Shown: piece after piece, positions 9,672 to 19,318 of the stretch
How positions within the stretch are numbered: the first letter of the stretch is position 1
Layout: each line of letters opens with the position of its first letter
Notes under the pieces: generated by a model
What the model saw: only the letters and a program-made list of their open reading frames with translations
The model's database searches: none
What the model was told of the DNA's origin: nothing
Made by a program: the position numbers and the translations under genes
Virus genome (UHGV): UHGV-1370141
Length of the DNA: 64,000 bases
Direction: 5' to 3' (one strand)
From: a virus

Positions 9672-10937
9672 TTATTTAGATTTTTCGTAAGCAGCGATAC
9701 CTGCGGAGATATAACCGTTCAGACCGCCAGCCAGGTGTTTCTGAGTAGAAGCAATAGCTTTCTCTTGCAGAGACAGAGCCTGGTTAATACTGGTGATGTA
9801 ACGACGCGCGGTACGCACGTTTTCGGTCAGTTCCGGTTTTTCATCGATCTTGACTTTGTCGATTTCTTTCAGCAGCTTATCGATGCTGTCTTCGAAAGAC
9901 TTACGTGCGCTTTCAACTTTACGATAATCCTGAACGTTCTTCTCAATCTGTTTACCCACTTCGTTGAAGAAGGCATTGATTTTAGCCAGTTCGCCAACAG
10001 ACGGAGTTTTCACGCTGGTTTCAACGCTGTTTTCAGATTCGACGAAAGTAGAGGAGAAACCGCCTTCGTTATCGTACTCGGTCTTCACAGCCATGTTGCC
10101 GAGTTTGAAGTTCTTAAGATTGTCTTGTTTAGCCAGTTCGCTGAAATCAGCTTTCAGGCTGTCAATCTTAGCACCGTTACCTTTAGTAACATCTTCAACC
10201 AGGCCAGCGGCTTTAGAGGCCATAGAAGGCACTTTAGAGCTGTAGAAAGAGGAAACTTGGCTCAGGATGCCTTTCAGTTTCGCGACGTCGTCACCAACGA
10301 ATTTACCGTCGATGGACAGAGATTTAATGAAACCGCCAGAGATTTCATCTTTCTTCTGTTTGCCCAGCTTACGGATGATCGCGTCGTTTTTCTTCGCACG
10401 TGCCTGGATAGATTTACCCTGGTTGTGGAATTTCAGCCAACGATCTTTGATCTTACGACCCTGTTCTTTCAGCCAATCAAGGATACGTTTCATGAAGGCT
10501 TTAATGTCTTCCCACAGGGATTCACGAGCAACCTGACGGCGGTTACGAGAACCGTAGGATTCGTGAGCAACGGAAGAACGGTGTTCGAAGTTCCAGCGAG
10601 AACGGATGGATTCCTGAGCAACGTCCAGCGCTTTAGCAGCGTCGTCCGGCATGTCTTCTTCAGCGTCCATCGGCTCTTCGCCGTCTTCACCGGCATCTTC
10701 GCCGTCAGCAGCAGCCTGAGCTTCGTCCAGGACTTCCAGCTGAGCATCGGTTTCGTCGCCGTCTTCGGCCAGCAGCTCTGCGTCTGCGTCCATCGCTTCG
10801 ATCGGTTTGGTGTCATGCTCGATATCGGCCAGAGTACCTTCTACAGATTCTGCTGGCAGTTCGATGCCGTCTGGAACTACAGTAGAAGTAGACTCCATAG
10901 ACTCACGAGCAATTTTGTTTTTGTAGAAATTCGCCAT
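9672..10937 (-). CDS. acidic protein, paralog A (421 aa)
   Basis: conserved termini shared with 11020..12291 (MANF.K...ARESME / GKQKKDEISGGFI / NGY..AGI.AYEKSK); D/E-rich N-terminal third. Confidence 0.7.
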   Translation of the reverse strand: MANFYKNKIARESMESTSTVVPDGIELPAESVEGTLADIEHDTKPIEAMDADAELLAEDGDETDAQLEVLDEAQAAADGEDAGEDGEEPMDAEEDMPDDAAKALDVAQESIRSRWNFEHRSSVAHESYGSRNRRQVARESLWEDIKAFMKRILDWLKEQGRKIKDRWLKFHNQGKSIQARAKKNDAIIRKLGKQKKDEISGGFIKSLSIDGKFVGDDVAKLKGILSQVSSFYSSKVPSMASKAAGLVEDVTKGNGAKIDSLKADFSELAKQDNLKNFKLGNMAVKTEYDNEGGFSSTFVESENSVETSVKTPSVGELAKINAFFNEVGKQIEKNVQDYRKVESARKSFEDSIDKLLKEIDKVKIDEKPELTENVRTARRYITSINQALSLQEKAIASTQKHLAGGLNGYISAGIAAYEKSK

Positions 10938-11019
10938 TTTAAGCTTTTCCTCTAAGGGGAACGCGTTGTTCCCCTGATGATTTATTTCAAGAACTGTACG
11001 GAACTACGAATCTAAATGA

Positions 11020-12291
11020 TTATTTAGATTTTTCGTAAGCACCGATACCAGCACCCAGGTAGCCGTTCAGACCGCTAATAACGGTGTTAGCAACGTAGCT
11101 AACGGCGCGGTTCAGGGTCTGGTAGTTCTTCACAGACCAATCAGCAGCTTGACGTGCATTACGCAGGCCATCCCACTTGCTCTGGTCTTTTTCGGTATTC
11201 AGTGCGGTAGCAGCTTTCTCAGCAGCCTGTTGCAGCTTCACGATTTCAGCGTCATAAGCACGGAAATCTTTCAGTACAGCTTCGAAGCCTTTACCGATTG
11301 CTTCCAGAGCAGAAGCAGCGCCAGCCATTTCAGAAACGGACGGAGTTTTCACGTCTTTATCTTCAGACGCGTCACCGGTGCTCATGAATGCAATTGCAGT
11401 GAACTTGTGGCCGCCAGCCAGTTCTTTAGTACCAGACTGAACGTATGCGTTGCCCGGCAGAGCCAGCAGTTTGGACGCATCACCTTTTTCAAAGTTCGGC
11501 AGAGTGTGCAGTTTAGAAGCCGCCTTACCAAACAGTTCTACCGGCTGATCGCCACGCATTGCTTTGAATGCGTCGTCGTCACCTTTGCTCACAGCGGTCA
11601 CAGCTTCACCAGCTTGTTTTTCCAGAACACTGATGGAACCTTTAGCTTTGCCAGCGGTAACTTCTTTCGCGATAGCGATAGAGCCAGCAGCATCGAATTT
11701 ACCTTCGATAGACAGCTTGGTGATAAAGCCACCAGAGATTTCATCTTTCTTCTGTTTGCCCAGCTTACGCAGCATTTCCTGATATTTCTTCGCACGTTTC
11801 TGTGCGGTCTTACCGACGTTGAAATATTTCAGTTTCAGGTCTTTGATCTTCGCAATCACTTCTTTACAGAACTGAATGAAACGATCGTAAAGATCTTTCA
11901 GGGTTTCTTTCCAGCCTTCCTGCGCAGCAGCAGTCATGCCACGGCCACGGCGATAGGATTCACGAGCCAGTTTGGTACGTTCCAGGCACCAACGACGTGC
12001 GATGGATTCCTGGGCCACTTCGTGCAGGGCAACCGCTTCTTCCGGCATTTCTTCACCGTTAGCAACGGCTTCTTCCGCCTGATCGATAGCGTCTTCAGTA
12101 CGCTCAGTATCGGCGGCCAGAGTTTCACCGTCAGTTTCCAGCTGATCCAGTTCGCCATCCATAGAGGCTACTTCTGCAAGCTGGACGTCCAGGTTCTCTT
12201 CTGCCGGTTCAACGTTGCTGATACCGTCGATTACTTCATCGGCCGCTTCCATTGATTCACGAGCGGCGCGAGTTTTTGCGAAATTTGCCAT
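11020..12291 (-). CDS. acidic protein, paralog B (423 aa)
   Basis: tandem paralog of 9672..10937. Confidence 0.7.
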   Translation of the reverse strand: MANFAKTRAARESMEAADEVIDGISNVEPAEENLDVQLAEVASMDGELDQLETDGETLAADTERTEDAIDQAEEAVANGEEMPEEAVALHEVAQESIARRWCLERTKLARESYRRGRGMTAAAQEGWKETLKDLYDRFIQFCKEVIAKIKDLKLKYFNVGKTAQKRAKKYQEMLRKLGKQKKDEISGGFITKLSIEGKFDAAGSIAIAKEVTAGKAKGSISVLEKQAGEAVTAVSKGDDDAFKAMRGDQPVELFGKAASKLHTLPNFEKGDASKLLALPGNAYVQSGTKELAGGHKFTAIAFMSTGDASEDKDVKTPSVSEMAGAASALEAIGKGFEAVLKDFRAYDAEIVKLQQAAEKAATALNTEKDQSKWDGLRNARQAADWSVKNYQTLNRAVSYVANTVISGLNGYLGAGIGAYEKSK

Positions 12292-12350
12292 TTCGTTTAT
12301 TTCCTTTGGTTATATAACCCAATTACACGCCCCTAGAATGAGGGGCCCCC

Positions 12351-12911
12351 TTAGGGACGTGCGATTTTCAAAAACACTGCTAACGACGAGATCATGTCGG
12401 ACAACCCGTTCGGGCGTGTCATCCAGCGTGCCAGCAGTTCATGGTCTGCATAAGATAAAAGACGTTTGCTACACTCAACAGACTGGTGAGCGGAACCCAT
12501 ATTACGTACAGTACCCCGGCGACCAAACGCAGCAGCAAGAAGACGTGCACCCAATGAGCCCGTCTGTTCAACGTTCTTCGTATTGCGAACATCATTCATG
12601 TACGACGACAGCAATACGGACCACTGTCCTAACGTCACGGTGCGTCGTTTACCATCAAGCAGGAAGGCTACGCTTTCGTTATAAAACGTATTAAAGGTAA
12701 ATCCGACCTGCGGATATTCGTCATATAATACCTGCTGCACAGAGTCAGCAGCTAACAGACGAAAGTACGGCAATACAACCGCACACGCTTCCAGCGTTTT
12801 GTGAATAAGCTCGTCATCGTGTGTGTCGATTGGGTTTTTTGATAAAATCGACATATAGGTTTTAATGCGCTCTACGGCCACATTAAAATCGGGACTATCG
12901 TGCTCAAACAT
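12351..12911 (-). CDS. hypothetical protein (186 aa)
   Basis: ORF track. Confidence 0.55.
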   Translation of the reverse strand: MFEHDSPDFNVAVERIKTYMSILSKNPIDTHDDELIHKTLEACAVVLPYFRLLAADSVQQVLYDEYPQVGFTFNTFYNESVAFLLDGKRRTVTLGQWSVLLSSYMNDVRNTKNVEQTGSLGARLLAAAFGRRGTVRNMGSAHQSVECSKRLLSYADHELLARWMTRPNGLSDMISSLAVFLKIARP

Positions 12912-12928
12912 GAGGCTCTCCTAACGGT

Positions 12929-13864
12929 TTACACTAAACCGTATTTCTTCTCAAGACGCTCACGCTTATGCTTGAGTTCCAACAGATGCTTTTCACTTAG
13001 CTCGATGAGTTTTTCGATGTGCGCATCTCCCTTACCTTCCGCTAATTGCTTTTTGTAAAGCAGGATACGCAACTCCGCAGCTTTCGCTGCTTCTACGCAC
13101 TCGTCGTATTTATCCATCTGCCTTTCAGCAATATTCAAACGAACGCGAAGTACCAGTGAGATTGGGAACGGTACACTGCTCATTCCCAGCGGGTCAGTCG
13201 AGCCCGAACCGAACTGCTGAACCAACTCACCGTAAGTTTCGTCATTGAAAATCGCTTCTGGGATTTCGGCATAATCCGCTTTCAGTTTATTTACCGGCGT
13301 TGCCAAAACACGGATGGCGATGCAGTAAGAGACCGAACGAGTATTGAGGTATTGAAGGTCATTCGGACCGATGCCCTTCACTTCAATATTCGAACCTTCG
13401 ACAGCGGCAATCTCTTCTGCGGTAACGTAGTTAAGTAAAGTAGCACTGTAACCTGTGAAGAAATCAATCAGGTCAAGCAGTCTGAGCACCGTTAATTTAT
13501 TAAACGTCATTGAAGACGTGACTAACGATTTACCAATGTCACGCGCAATACATTGGTCTAAGAAAGAACGCAACTGCAACACGTTTTCCATCGAGGAAAC
13601 GATGTACTCTAACATCGATGGATTGCGGAGACCTTTGGCTTCCAGACCGGAAGTCCGCAGGTAGTTAACCACTTCATCGGATATTTCTTGTACCGTTTTC
13701 GATTTAAACGGTTTGCCTTCTTTCGACGCTACCAGTTCTTGTAAAGACTGGAAACGTGGTAAAAGTTGTTCGCCAATTGCATCACAGTTGGACGAAAGCT
13801 GATTTTTCAAGTTTGTTGCTTCAAAGCTCGGCAACAACATAGCGAGCATATTCGGGAATGCCAT
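12929..13864 (-). CDS. hypothetical protein (311 aa)
   Basis: ORF track. Confidence 0.6.
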   Translation of the reverse strand: MAFPNMLAMLLPSFEATNLKNQLSSNCDAIGEQLLPRFQSLQELVASKEGKPFKSKTVQEISDEVVNYLRTSGLEAKGLRNPSMLEYIVSSMENVLQLRSFLDQCIARDIGKSLVTSSMTFNKLTVLRLLDLIDFFTGYSATLLNYVTAEEIAAVEGSNIEVKGIGPNDLQYLNTRSVSYCIAIRVLATPVNKLKADYAEIPEAIFNDETYGELVQQFGSGSTDPLGMSSVPFPISLVLRVRLNIAERQMDKYDECVEAAKAAELRILLYKKQLAEGKGDAHIEKLIELSEKHLLELKHKRERLEKKYGLV

Positions 13865-13874
13865 GCCTTACCCC

Positions 13875-14981
13875 TTAAAGAACTGGCTGTGCGCCAGAGC
13901 GATACGCTTCAATGATTTTGTTCACATCGGCGCTACCGGACTTCGCTTTGCTGAAATCGGATTTATCAAGTTCCTGAGAACCGTTCTGACCGCGAGTATA
14001 AATAGTAACGCGGTTCCACGCGGTGTCCACTACCACGTAATAGACGGTTAAGGTGTCTTTAAAGACACGCTGACGAATATTGAAATCGTCAAACTCACCG
14101 CCTAGCTGGGCAGTCAGGCCGTCGATAGTGTCTTGAGAAACCACCATAACAGAAGAAGCGTTATTAATAGACGGTGCCAGCGTCAGCAAACCAGACAGCC
14201 AGTTGCCGTTTTTCTTCTCCATCATCTTACGATAGTAACCTGACTTATCGCGATAACGGTTCTTACGGTATTCTTCTACCAGGTCGTTACAGAACGCAAT
14301 GTCTTTAACATAGCTCAGTGCACCTACACGCGCACGCAGCCAACGCTCCCAGAACGTTTTCGTCTGGTCGCTGAATGCAATCAGTGTTTCAATCTGGTCG
14401 GTCGGAAGAGACTTAACGTCCAAACGTAAACGCATTGGAAGTTCGACTTTATTACCGTCACGTTCAAACGTTACAGAGAACATTTTCCCGTTAGACAGCC
14501 CTTCCTGATCGAACAGTTGTTTAATCGGGTCTGCTTTACCACCAGTAACGGAACCTTTGGATTCCTGTGCGACACGGCGGGTGGATTCGCCCACAGCAAT
14601 GGCGATTTTATCGTATGATGGTAATCCTAGGCGGGAAGATTCGCCGACTGCCAGTGCTGCTAAGCGTGAGCCGCTACGCACTGCGTTATCGAGTGCGCTA
14701 CGACGGGTACTTACTTGATCCAGCGTACCGATAATATCAACGTCAGGCACACCCGTTAACAGGGAGATTGCGGTAAGTTGGTTTCCTGCCAGCAAAACTT
14801 GGATTTTCTCCAGAATTCCCGGAAGGTAATCTAAACCCAGCAGGCTTTGTTCGACTAAGGTAATGTGCTCGTTATAGAGCACTGAGTTAAATTCCTCCGT
14901 CGACTCCGCACGCGAACGAAACAGCATGGGAAGTCTGGAGAGGAAAGAGACAACGCTTGTCTCAAACGTTTTTTCTAACAT
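13875..14981 (-). CDS. hypothetical protein (368 aa)
   Basis: ORF track; GGAG RBS inside palindrome shared with divergent gene. Confidence 0.6.
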   Translation of the reverse strand: MLEKTFETSVVSFLSRLPMLFRSRAESTEEFNSVLYNEHITLVEQSLLGLDYLPGILEKIQVLLAGNQLTAISLLTGVPDVDIIGTLDQVSTRRSALDNAVRSGSRLAALAVGESSRLGLPSYDKIAIAVGESTRRVAQESKGSVTGGKADPIKQLFDQEGLSNGKMFSVTFERDGNKVELPMRLRLDVKSLPTDQIETLIAFSDQTKTFWERWLRARVGALSYVKDIAFCNDLVEEYRKNRYRDKSGYYRKMMEKKNGNWLSGLLTLAPSINNASSVMVVSQDTIDGLTAQLGGEFDDFNIRQRVFKDTLTVYYVVVDTAWNRVTIYTRGQNGSQELDKSDFSKAKSGSADVNKIIEAYRSGAQPVL

Positions 14982-15007
14982 TTTCCTAATGAACTCCGGA
15001 GTTAAAG

Positions 15008-16312
15008 ATGAGTGACGAGACAGATAAGAACGATCCGGGGTATGACCCGAATACTGATTACGACGATTCTCTCCACAATCCGAATAACGCAGATGCGGTG
15101 CCTTCTGTTGCCGGGTATTTTAATAACCGACTCAGCAACAACAATCCGGCAACACCTTACGATGCAAACACCGAACTTACGGCATGGAACGATCGTATCC
15201 GCCTTACTGTAGGTTTGGGTCTTGCTGCGCAGCGTTTGACCAACCCCTACATGGGGTTCAACCATATGATGGCGTCTAACCCCACGCCAATCAACCGAGA
15301 ATACGGTGGTCTAACATTTATTACCCGGCCCGATTTCAACCTGTGCTACGACAACATTGCCAAGTCGCGTAAAATGTCAAACATGGCATTGCAGCCGAAG
15401 GACTCTTTAGATTATTCGATACTTGCTGCTCTCGACCCTGATTTCGAATTAGGGTTTTCGGACTCACCTGTTGAGAGCAAAACGGGGATACGAAGAAACC
15501 GCTTAGGTACTCCGTTTATGCCGCAGGTAAGATTCGATAATCTACAAGCGTTCATACCAATACTCAGTACACAGCTGATCAGTTTAAGCGGAACACCCGA
15601 TCAGTCCGTCGATAACTGGATGGCCAGTGAAGGTTTGATGCGTGAACAATGGGGTATGGTTGATTCTACGCACGAAATCAACAACGCGTTCTCTGTGTCG
15701 ATGTCCTTAAACAACCCTTACGGTGACCCATTAATGAGAATGATGGGCGTGTGGTTGGAGTATATGGCGGGTGTTAAGATGGGTAAGTTCCGTCCGAAGA
15801 TGCGCAACTCCATCCAACGACGCATTGATTACCAGTCACGTATCTACGGTCTACGTTACGATGCGTTAGGGAATATCACCCGTTTCTGGACAATTTGTGT
15901 AGCCTGGCCGATGAACGATAACGCGGGTCAAATGGCGAACGTCGATAACTCAAAACCGCAGTTAAACGACGACGTGACGATTAACATCAACTGGCAAGCA
16001 ATCGGGGCACGGTTTAACGATCCACTTTACATGGAGATGTTCAATAAAACTGTTGGGATGTTTAACCCTGATATGCTCCCGCAGCCCGGCTCAGTCGCTT
16101 CGGGGAATTTTATCCCGATGGCCAGCAGCCAACTTGTTCCTATCGCGCCACAGTTATTGCCTTTATTTAACTATTACGGTTATCCACATATCGATTCCGT
16201 ACGGCGCAAGCTTACCTGGTATGTCTACCAAGCAGACTATCAATATATTCTCAAGAAAGCAGGATTACTTGACAGTGTCAATGGTCTTGTTACAGAGGCA
16301 GGTACTAACTGA
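15008..16312 (+). CDS. hypothetical protein (434 aa), D/N/P-rich N-terminus
   Basis: ORF track; RBS GGAG 8 nt upstream. Confidence 0.65.
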   Translation: MSDETDKNDPGYDPNTDYDDSLHNPNNADAVPSVAGYFNNRLSNNNPATPYDANTELTAWNDRIRLTVGLGLAAQRLTNPYMGFNHMMASNPTPINREYGGLTFITRPDFNLCYDNIAKSRKMSNMALQPKDSLDYSILAALDPDFELGFSDSPVESKTGIRRNRLGTPFMPQVRFDNLQAFIPILSTQLISLSGTPDQSVDNWMASEGLMREQWGMVDSTHEINNAFSVSMSLNNPYGDPLMRMMGVWLEYMAGVKMGKFRPKMRNSIQRRIDYQSRIYGLRYDALGNITRFWTICVAWPMNDNAGQMANVDNSKPQLNDDVTININWQAIGARFNDPLYMEMFNKTVGMFNPDMLPQPGSVASGNFIPMASSQLVPIAPQLLPLFNYYGYPHIDSVRRKLTWYVYQADYQYILKKAGLLDSVNGLVTEAGTN

Positions 16313-19266
16313 TGAGTTCAACAACTTACGATACTTTGGCAAAGAAACTTCTGCTGTTCGCACACAACCCTGCGGCGATGCAGACAATGCTGCTAAACCA
16401 GCTTCAAGATGTTGAAGATGCCGATGGTCAGATTTATCTCCGTGACCCTACCGACCCTGTCGTTTATTTGGCAGAAATGGGAACGATGATGGGACACGCG
16501 ACGTTGATGGGGCTCCAGGAATCTATTCCTAAAACGTTCCCGTCAATGGCGCAGACTTACGATGACCTGTTCCGACACATGTCAGACGTGGATTACGTTG
16601 ACGTCTTTGCGCAGCCTGCTACTACAGAACTGTTACTGTTAATTGACGTTGACAGCTTAATCTCGAAAGCGTATCCGTTGCAAATCGCGGGGGTTCGTAA
16701 AGTCGTTATCCCACGTGACACGGTCTTTACGGTTTCTGGTTACACGTTTGCTATTCAATATCCAATTGAAATCCGCGTGCTTCCATACGGAACGAACGAG
16801 AACCCGGCTTTCCAGGTACTGTGGATTACTGAAACACAATCACCGATTTCACCGGTTTCCACGAACGCACTGGAATGGGAACTAACGTCCACTAACACAA
16901 CGTCGTCACAGCTGCTGGCTATTCATATCCCGGTTATGCAGTATGCAGTGAAAGAAGAAAGTAACACCGTCGAAGGTAACAACACTTTCGTCATGACCCG
17001 TGCTTACACTAACAAGTTCTTCTACGTTCGTGTTTGGATGAAAGCAACGGGCAGCAACAAGTGGGTAGAGATTCAGCACACCCACAGTCGCGATGTTTAC
17101 GACCCGAACACACCAACGGCGTTGATTCAGGTGGGTAACGGTAACATCCGTTGTACGATTCCGTCTATTTACATGGCGAAGAATCTCGTCAGTGGGACTA
17201 TCAGGATGGACGTCTATACGACCTTAGGGCCGTTGGAGTTAGACATCTCTGCATACCCGTCTGATGAGTATAGCTTCAGTCTACGTGACTTAAACGAAGA
17301 GTACGACGCGAACTATATCAACCCGATTAAAGCATTCTCTATTAAACAGCTTGCAGCAAAAGCTGGGAAGATGCTGTCGGGTGGTCGCAGTCAGCTCTCG
17401 TTCAGTGACTTACGTACTCGCGTTGTTAATAACGCTGTGGGTGCACGTAAACTGCCTGTGACGGAAAAGCAGCTCGAAGCTACGGTTTCCGATTACGGTC
17501 TTACGCTGTCTAAACCTAATGACTACGTGACCAGTCGTACGTACTTCATGACAGCACCGATGTTGGAATCGACGATTGCTAACGTCAGCTCACCGATTGG
17601 TACGATTACTGCGCCGTTCTATTTCTCCTGGAACGAGCTGGTTAATCTCCCGACAGTGAAAGTCAACGGTAATCGCCTGACCATTCTTCCTGACACACTC
17701 TATCGTTTTACGGATACCAGTCTGACTGTGGATGCCGAAATGACGGTGTTAGCGAAGACCATGCGTAAGGAAGACCTGATTAACGCAGCAAACACCAACC
17801 GTTATTTGTTTACACCGTTCCATTACGTTGTTGACATTAACAACAAAGCGATTGACGTGCGTATTTACCAGTTGGATAAACCGCTATTAAACTCCAAACG
17901 CTTTATTGCGACCAACGTCTCGACGGAGCTCAGCGTCGTTACTGCTGACTACACTATCGAGAAAACGGAAGCAGGTTATGTGTTGCGTACGATTACGAAG
18001 TCAGAGGCACCTTACCAGGCACTGACTGATGATCAAGTTTTTGCGCAGCTGTCTTTCCGTCCTCGTAATTCCGATAACACCTTGGCGTACATTAACGGTA
18101 CGTTAGTCGGTAAGCAGGGCAGTGAACGTGTTTGGGAGTTCTTGCTGGAAACTAACCTGGACGTTGACCGTAACGACGAACTGGTACTGACCAACACCCG
18201 TATTAACGGAAGTAACCCAACGGAAACCCCTGTCGCACTGCTGACAGATTTTAACCTGTTCTACGGTTGCACGGGTTATTACCCTGGGAACTACGAACGT
18301 GTAGAGATGGATACGTTAATCACAGCGCCTTCACGTGACGCTATCGGTATTACCCACGAGATATTCAAAATCGAACTGGGTAAAGCGATGACGTACTATT
18401 GGCGTAAAGCTCGTGCTGTTACTGACAGCATCAATTACGAGTATTACGACAAAGACGTGTTAGCGACGTGGGAAATTGACGTGGTGAAACGTGATGAGAA
18501 TGGGGTTCCGGTTTACACGTACGACGCAGGCCGTACACCACCGCTACAAATCACTTACGAACACCGTAAAGGCGATCCTAAGCTTGACGAAACCGGCCAG
18601 CAGATTATCCTACACCGCGAAGGGGACTTAGTAAAAGACGAGTACGGTAATCCTAAGATTGCGAAATCTCGTTCTATTAAGTTCCGTAGTGAAATGGCGG
18701 TCTTCGACGCACGTTATAAATTCGCTACCACAGCGTCTGCGAAATCCTATCTGAACGCAGTTATTGAGAATATCGTTAACTACGTGACCGTGGTTCTACC
18801 GACGTTAAAACCGATGTTGTTAGAACGTACGGAAGGGTATTTCGTTCCTATCACCACGATGGGTTATATCGATGCACGTACCGAAGACGGGGTGGTTACG
18901 CCGATACCGGCTGAAAACCAGTTTACCGTTCGTTATTACCTGACTGCGGCTAACCGTAGCAACAGCGATCTGTTAACGCAGATTCGTAAGAAAACGTCCC
19001 AAGTTATCAACGACTACTTGGGTTCACATCTTACTATCTCGGCAACAGAGATTGGTAATAAGCTCAGCGAAACGCTTGACACGTCGATTATCGGCGTTGA
19101 GTTGGATGCGATGGGGCCAGACAAAGACATGCGTCTGTTTACTGTGGTATCCGAAGCTGCGCGTGCAACGATTGGTAAGAGACTGGATATTGAAGCCAGT
19201 GGTGACATCGGTCTGAAAGACGATGTTGTTATCGTTTACAACCGTCACGACACCACCGCAGACTAA
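16312..19266 (+). CDS. hypothetical large protein (984 aa), possibly structural
   Basis: ORF track; start overlaps upstream stop (TGATG). Confidence 0.7.
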   Translation: MSSTTYDTLAKKLLLFAHNPAAMQTMLLNQLQDVEDADGQIYLRDPTDPVVYLAEMGTMMGHATLMGLQESIPKTFPSMAQTYDDLFRHMSDVDYVDVFAQPATTELLLLIDVDSLISKAYPLQIAGVRKVVIPRDTVFTVSGYTFAIQYPIEIRVLPYGTNENPAFQVLWITETQSPISPVSTNALEWELTSTNTTSSQLLAIHIPVMQYAVKEESNTVEGNNTFVMTRAYTNKFFYVRVWMKATGSNKWVEIQHTHSRDVYDPNTPTALIQVGNGNIRCTIPSIYMAKNLVSGTIRMDVYTTLGPLELDISAYPSDEYSFSLRDLNEEYDANYINPIKAFSIKQLAAKAGKMLSGGRSQLSFSDLRTRVVNNAVGARKLPVTEKQLEATVSDYGLTLSKPNDYVTSRTYFMTAPMLESTIANVSSPIGTITAPFYFSWNELVNLPTVKVNGNRLTILPDTLYRFTDTSLTVDAEMTVLAKTMRKEDLINAANTNRYLFTPFHYVVDINNKAIDVRIYQLDKPLLNSKRFIATNVSTELSVVTADYTIEKTEAGYVLRTITKSEAPYQALTDDQVFAQLSFRPRNSDNTLAYINGTLVGKQGSERVWEFLLETNLDVDRNDELVLTNTRINGSNPTETPVALLTDFNLFYGCTGYYPGNYERVEMDTLITAPSRDAIGITHEIFKIELGKAMTYYWRKARAVTDSINYEYYDKDVLATWEIDVVKRDENGVPVYTYDAGRTPPLQITYEHRKGDPKLDETGQQIILHREGDLVKDEYGNPKIAKSRSIKFRSEMAVFDARYKFATTASAKSYLNAVIENIVNYVTVVLPTLKPMLLERTEGYFVPITTMGYIDARTEDGVVTPIPAENQFTVRYYLTAANRSNSDLLTQIRKKTSQVINDYLGSHLTISATEIGNKLSETLDTSIIGVELDAMGPDKDMRLFTVVSEAARATIGKRLDIEASGDIGLKDDVVIVYNRHDTTAD

Positions 19267-19318
19267 AAAAAAATAAAAGCTACCCTACTCCCGAAAAGGA
19301 GTAGGGTACTTCTTTTTT
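19265..19318. terminator. bidirectional terminator between convergent genes
   Basis: A-run, TACCCTACTCC-loop-GGAGTAGGGTA, T-run. Confidence 0.6.

Noticed and set aside
9645-10955. 436-aa plus-strand ORF
   Set aside because: Antisense to the acidic paralog gene; Phe/Val-rich low-complexity product typical of the reverse strand of a GA-rich coding sequence; no RBS.
11149-12255. 368-aa plus-strand ORF
   Set aside because: Same situation, antisense to paralog B.
16312-19266. Assigning capsid, portal, terminase or tail-sheath identity to the large ORFs
   Set aside because: No diagnostic motifs (for example terminase Walker A/B) could be read; left as hypothetical.
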